DNA of 64,000 nt from Leucoraja ocellata (Eukaryota), in NCBI GenBank assembly GCA_036785375.1, contig JAWMAR010000053.1:4340001-4404000 (forward strand), in the 5' to 3' direction. The notes below the pieces were generated by a model. That model did no database searches, was not told the origin of the DNA, and worked only from the letters and a program-made list of their open reading frames with translations. Shown here in pieces: positions 63,301 through 64,000 of the stretch (positions are counted from its first letter, which is position 1; every line of letters begins with the position of its first letter). Made by a program: the position numbers and the translations under genes.

Positions 63301-63989
63301 TTTTAGCTCCATAGAAGAAATAAAAATTAAGGAATTAAAAGTTCAAATGGAACCTAAATACACTGTACATACATATCAAATTACCAATGCAAATCCTCCA
63401 ATAGATATAACTCTGAATTGTGACGCAGAATACCTCAAGAAAGCTGACCTACAAAAGGAACTGACAGCAGCTTTTCGTTCCATCTTTCGTGAGCAGCAGC
63501 AGGCTTTCATAGCTGAGCAGCTAGGTGCAATTCCAAAGTCATTTGATAGGTTAGAAACAGTGTGCATTGGTATTACTCCTTCCATGTCTGTGCTTAGAGA
63601 ACCCCCAACAAAGATTCTTAAAATAGAGGAGAAAACGGAGGACAATTTAGCTACTCATGTTTCTAAAATGAAAATGCAGAGTGAAATACTAATAAAGGCC
63701 ACTAAAGACAATCCAATAATTATTAAGGGGTTTACTGATGCCACTGCATATGAAGATAGCCAAGTGATATTTAGCACAGTCATACAGAAAGTTAAAGCTG
63801 TAAATTGGTATATCAATGGAGAGAAAATCTCCTCAAAAAATGAGTTCAAATGTTTTCAAGATTTTGACACATACTCACTTATAATCAACAAAGTACAAAA
63901 AGAGGAACATCAAGGAGAGTATATCTGCGAGGCATTGAATGAAACAGGAAAATCAACAACTTCTGCACACCTCACAGTTGTAATAAGAG
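60393..63989 (+). CDS. ttn: titin cardiac N2B exon (exon 49 equivalent): I24, I25, N2B unique sequence, I26; 3597 nt
   Basis: atacag|AA TTT TCT AGC...ATA AGA G|gttgga. I translated it by hand: 1199 codons with no stop; EFSS... start, DEGEYTC, DSGLYSCKA, and end FKCFQD...EHQGEYICEALN...AHLTVVIR. Probably absent from the ORF track because the frame stays open to the window end. Confidence 0.95.
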
Positions 63990-64000
63990 GTTGGATTATG

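Noticed and set aside
9126-63849. Short minus-strand ORFs opposite titin exons (for example 9126-9410, 55039-55404, 63376-63645)
   Set aside because: Antisense shadows of coding exons with no independent evidence.

Overview
Vertebrate genomic DNA: an internal 64-kb part of the titin gene (ttn, + strand), most likely from a cartilaginous fish (skate/ray; inferred from the HE1/HER1-like SINE-LINE and Penelope repeat content and from protein divergence). I can delimit 28 GT-AG exons. They correspond to human TTN exons 23-44 (Z-disc/I-band junction and proximal Ig I1-I15), a two-Ig Novex-2-like exon, an extra Ig exon, the exon-47 mini-exon, a Novex-3 terminal region split by a 101-nt intron, and a complete 3,597-nt N2B exon that the ORF track misses. 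Human exon numbers and lengths are recalled from memory. Introns contain CR1 LINEs (one nested), a V-SINE, Penelope GIY-YIG fragments, tandem Helitron 3' ends, an IR/DR Tc1 element and MITEs. The main observations are: (1) many Penelope-type minimal hammerhead ribozyme motifs, including a sense-strand pair 372 nt apart inside the 16.4-kb intron 43; (2) the N2B and Novex-3 'unique' sequences resolve into degenerate tandem repeats of about 74 aa and about 97 aa; (3) the Novex cassette differs from the human one; (4) a T-depleted island where recognisable repeats carry directional T>C changes. Repeat boundaries are approximate; exon boundaries were read base by base.
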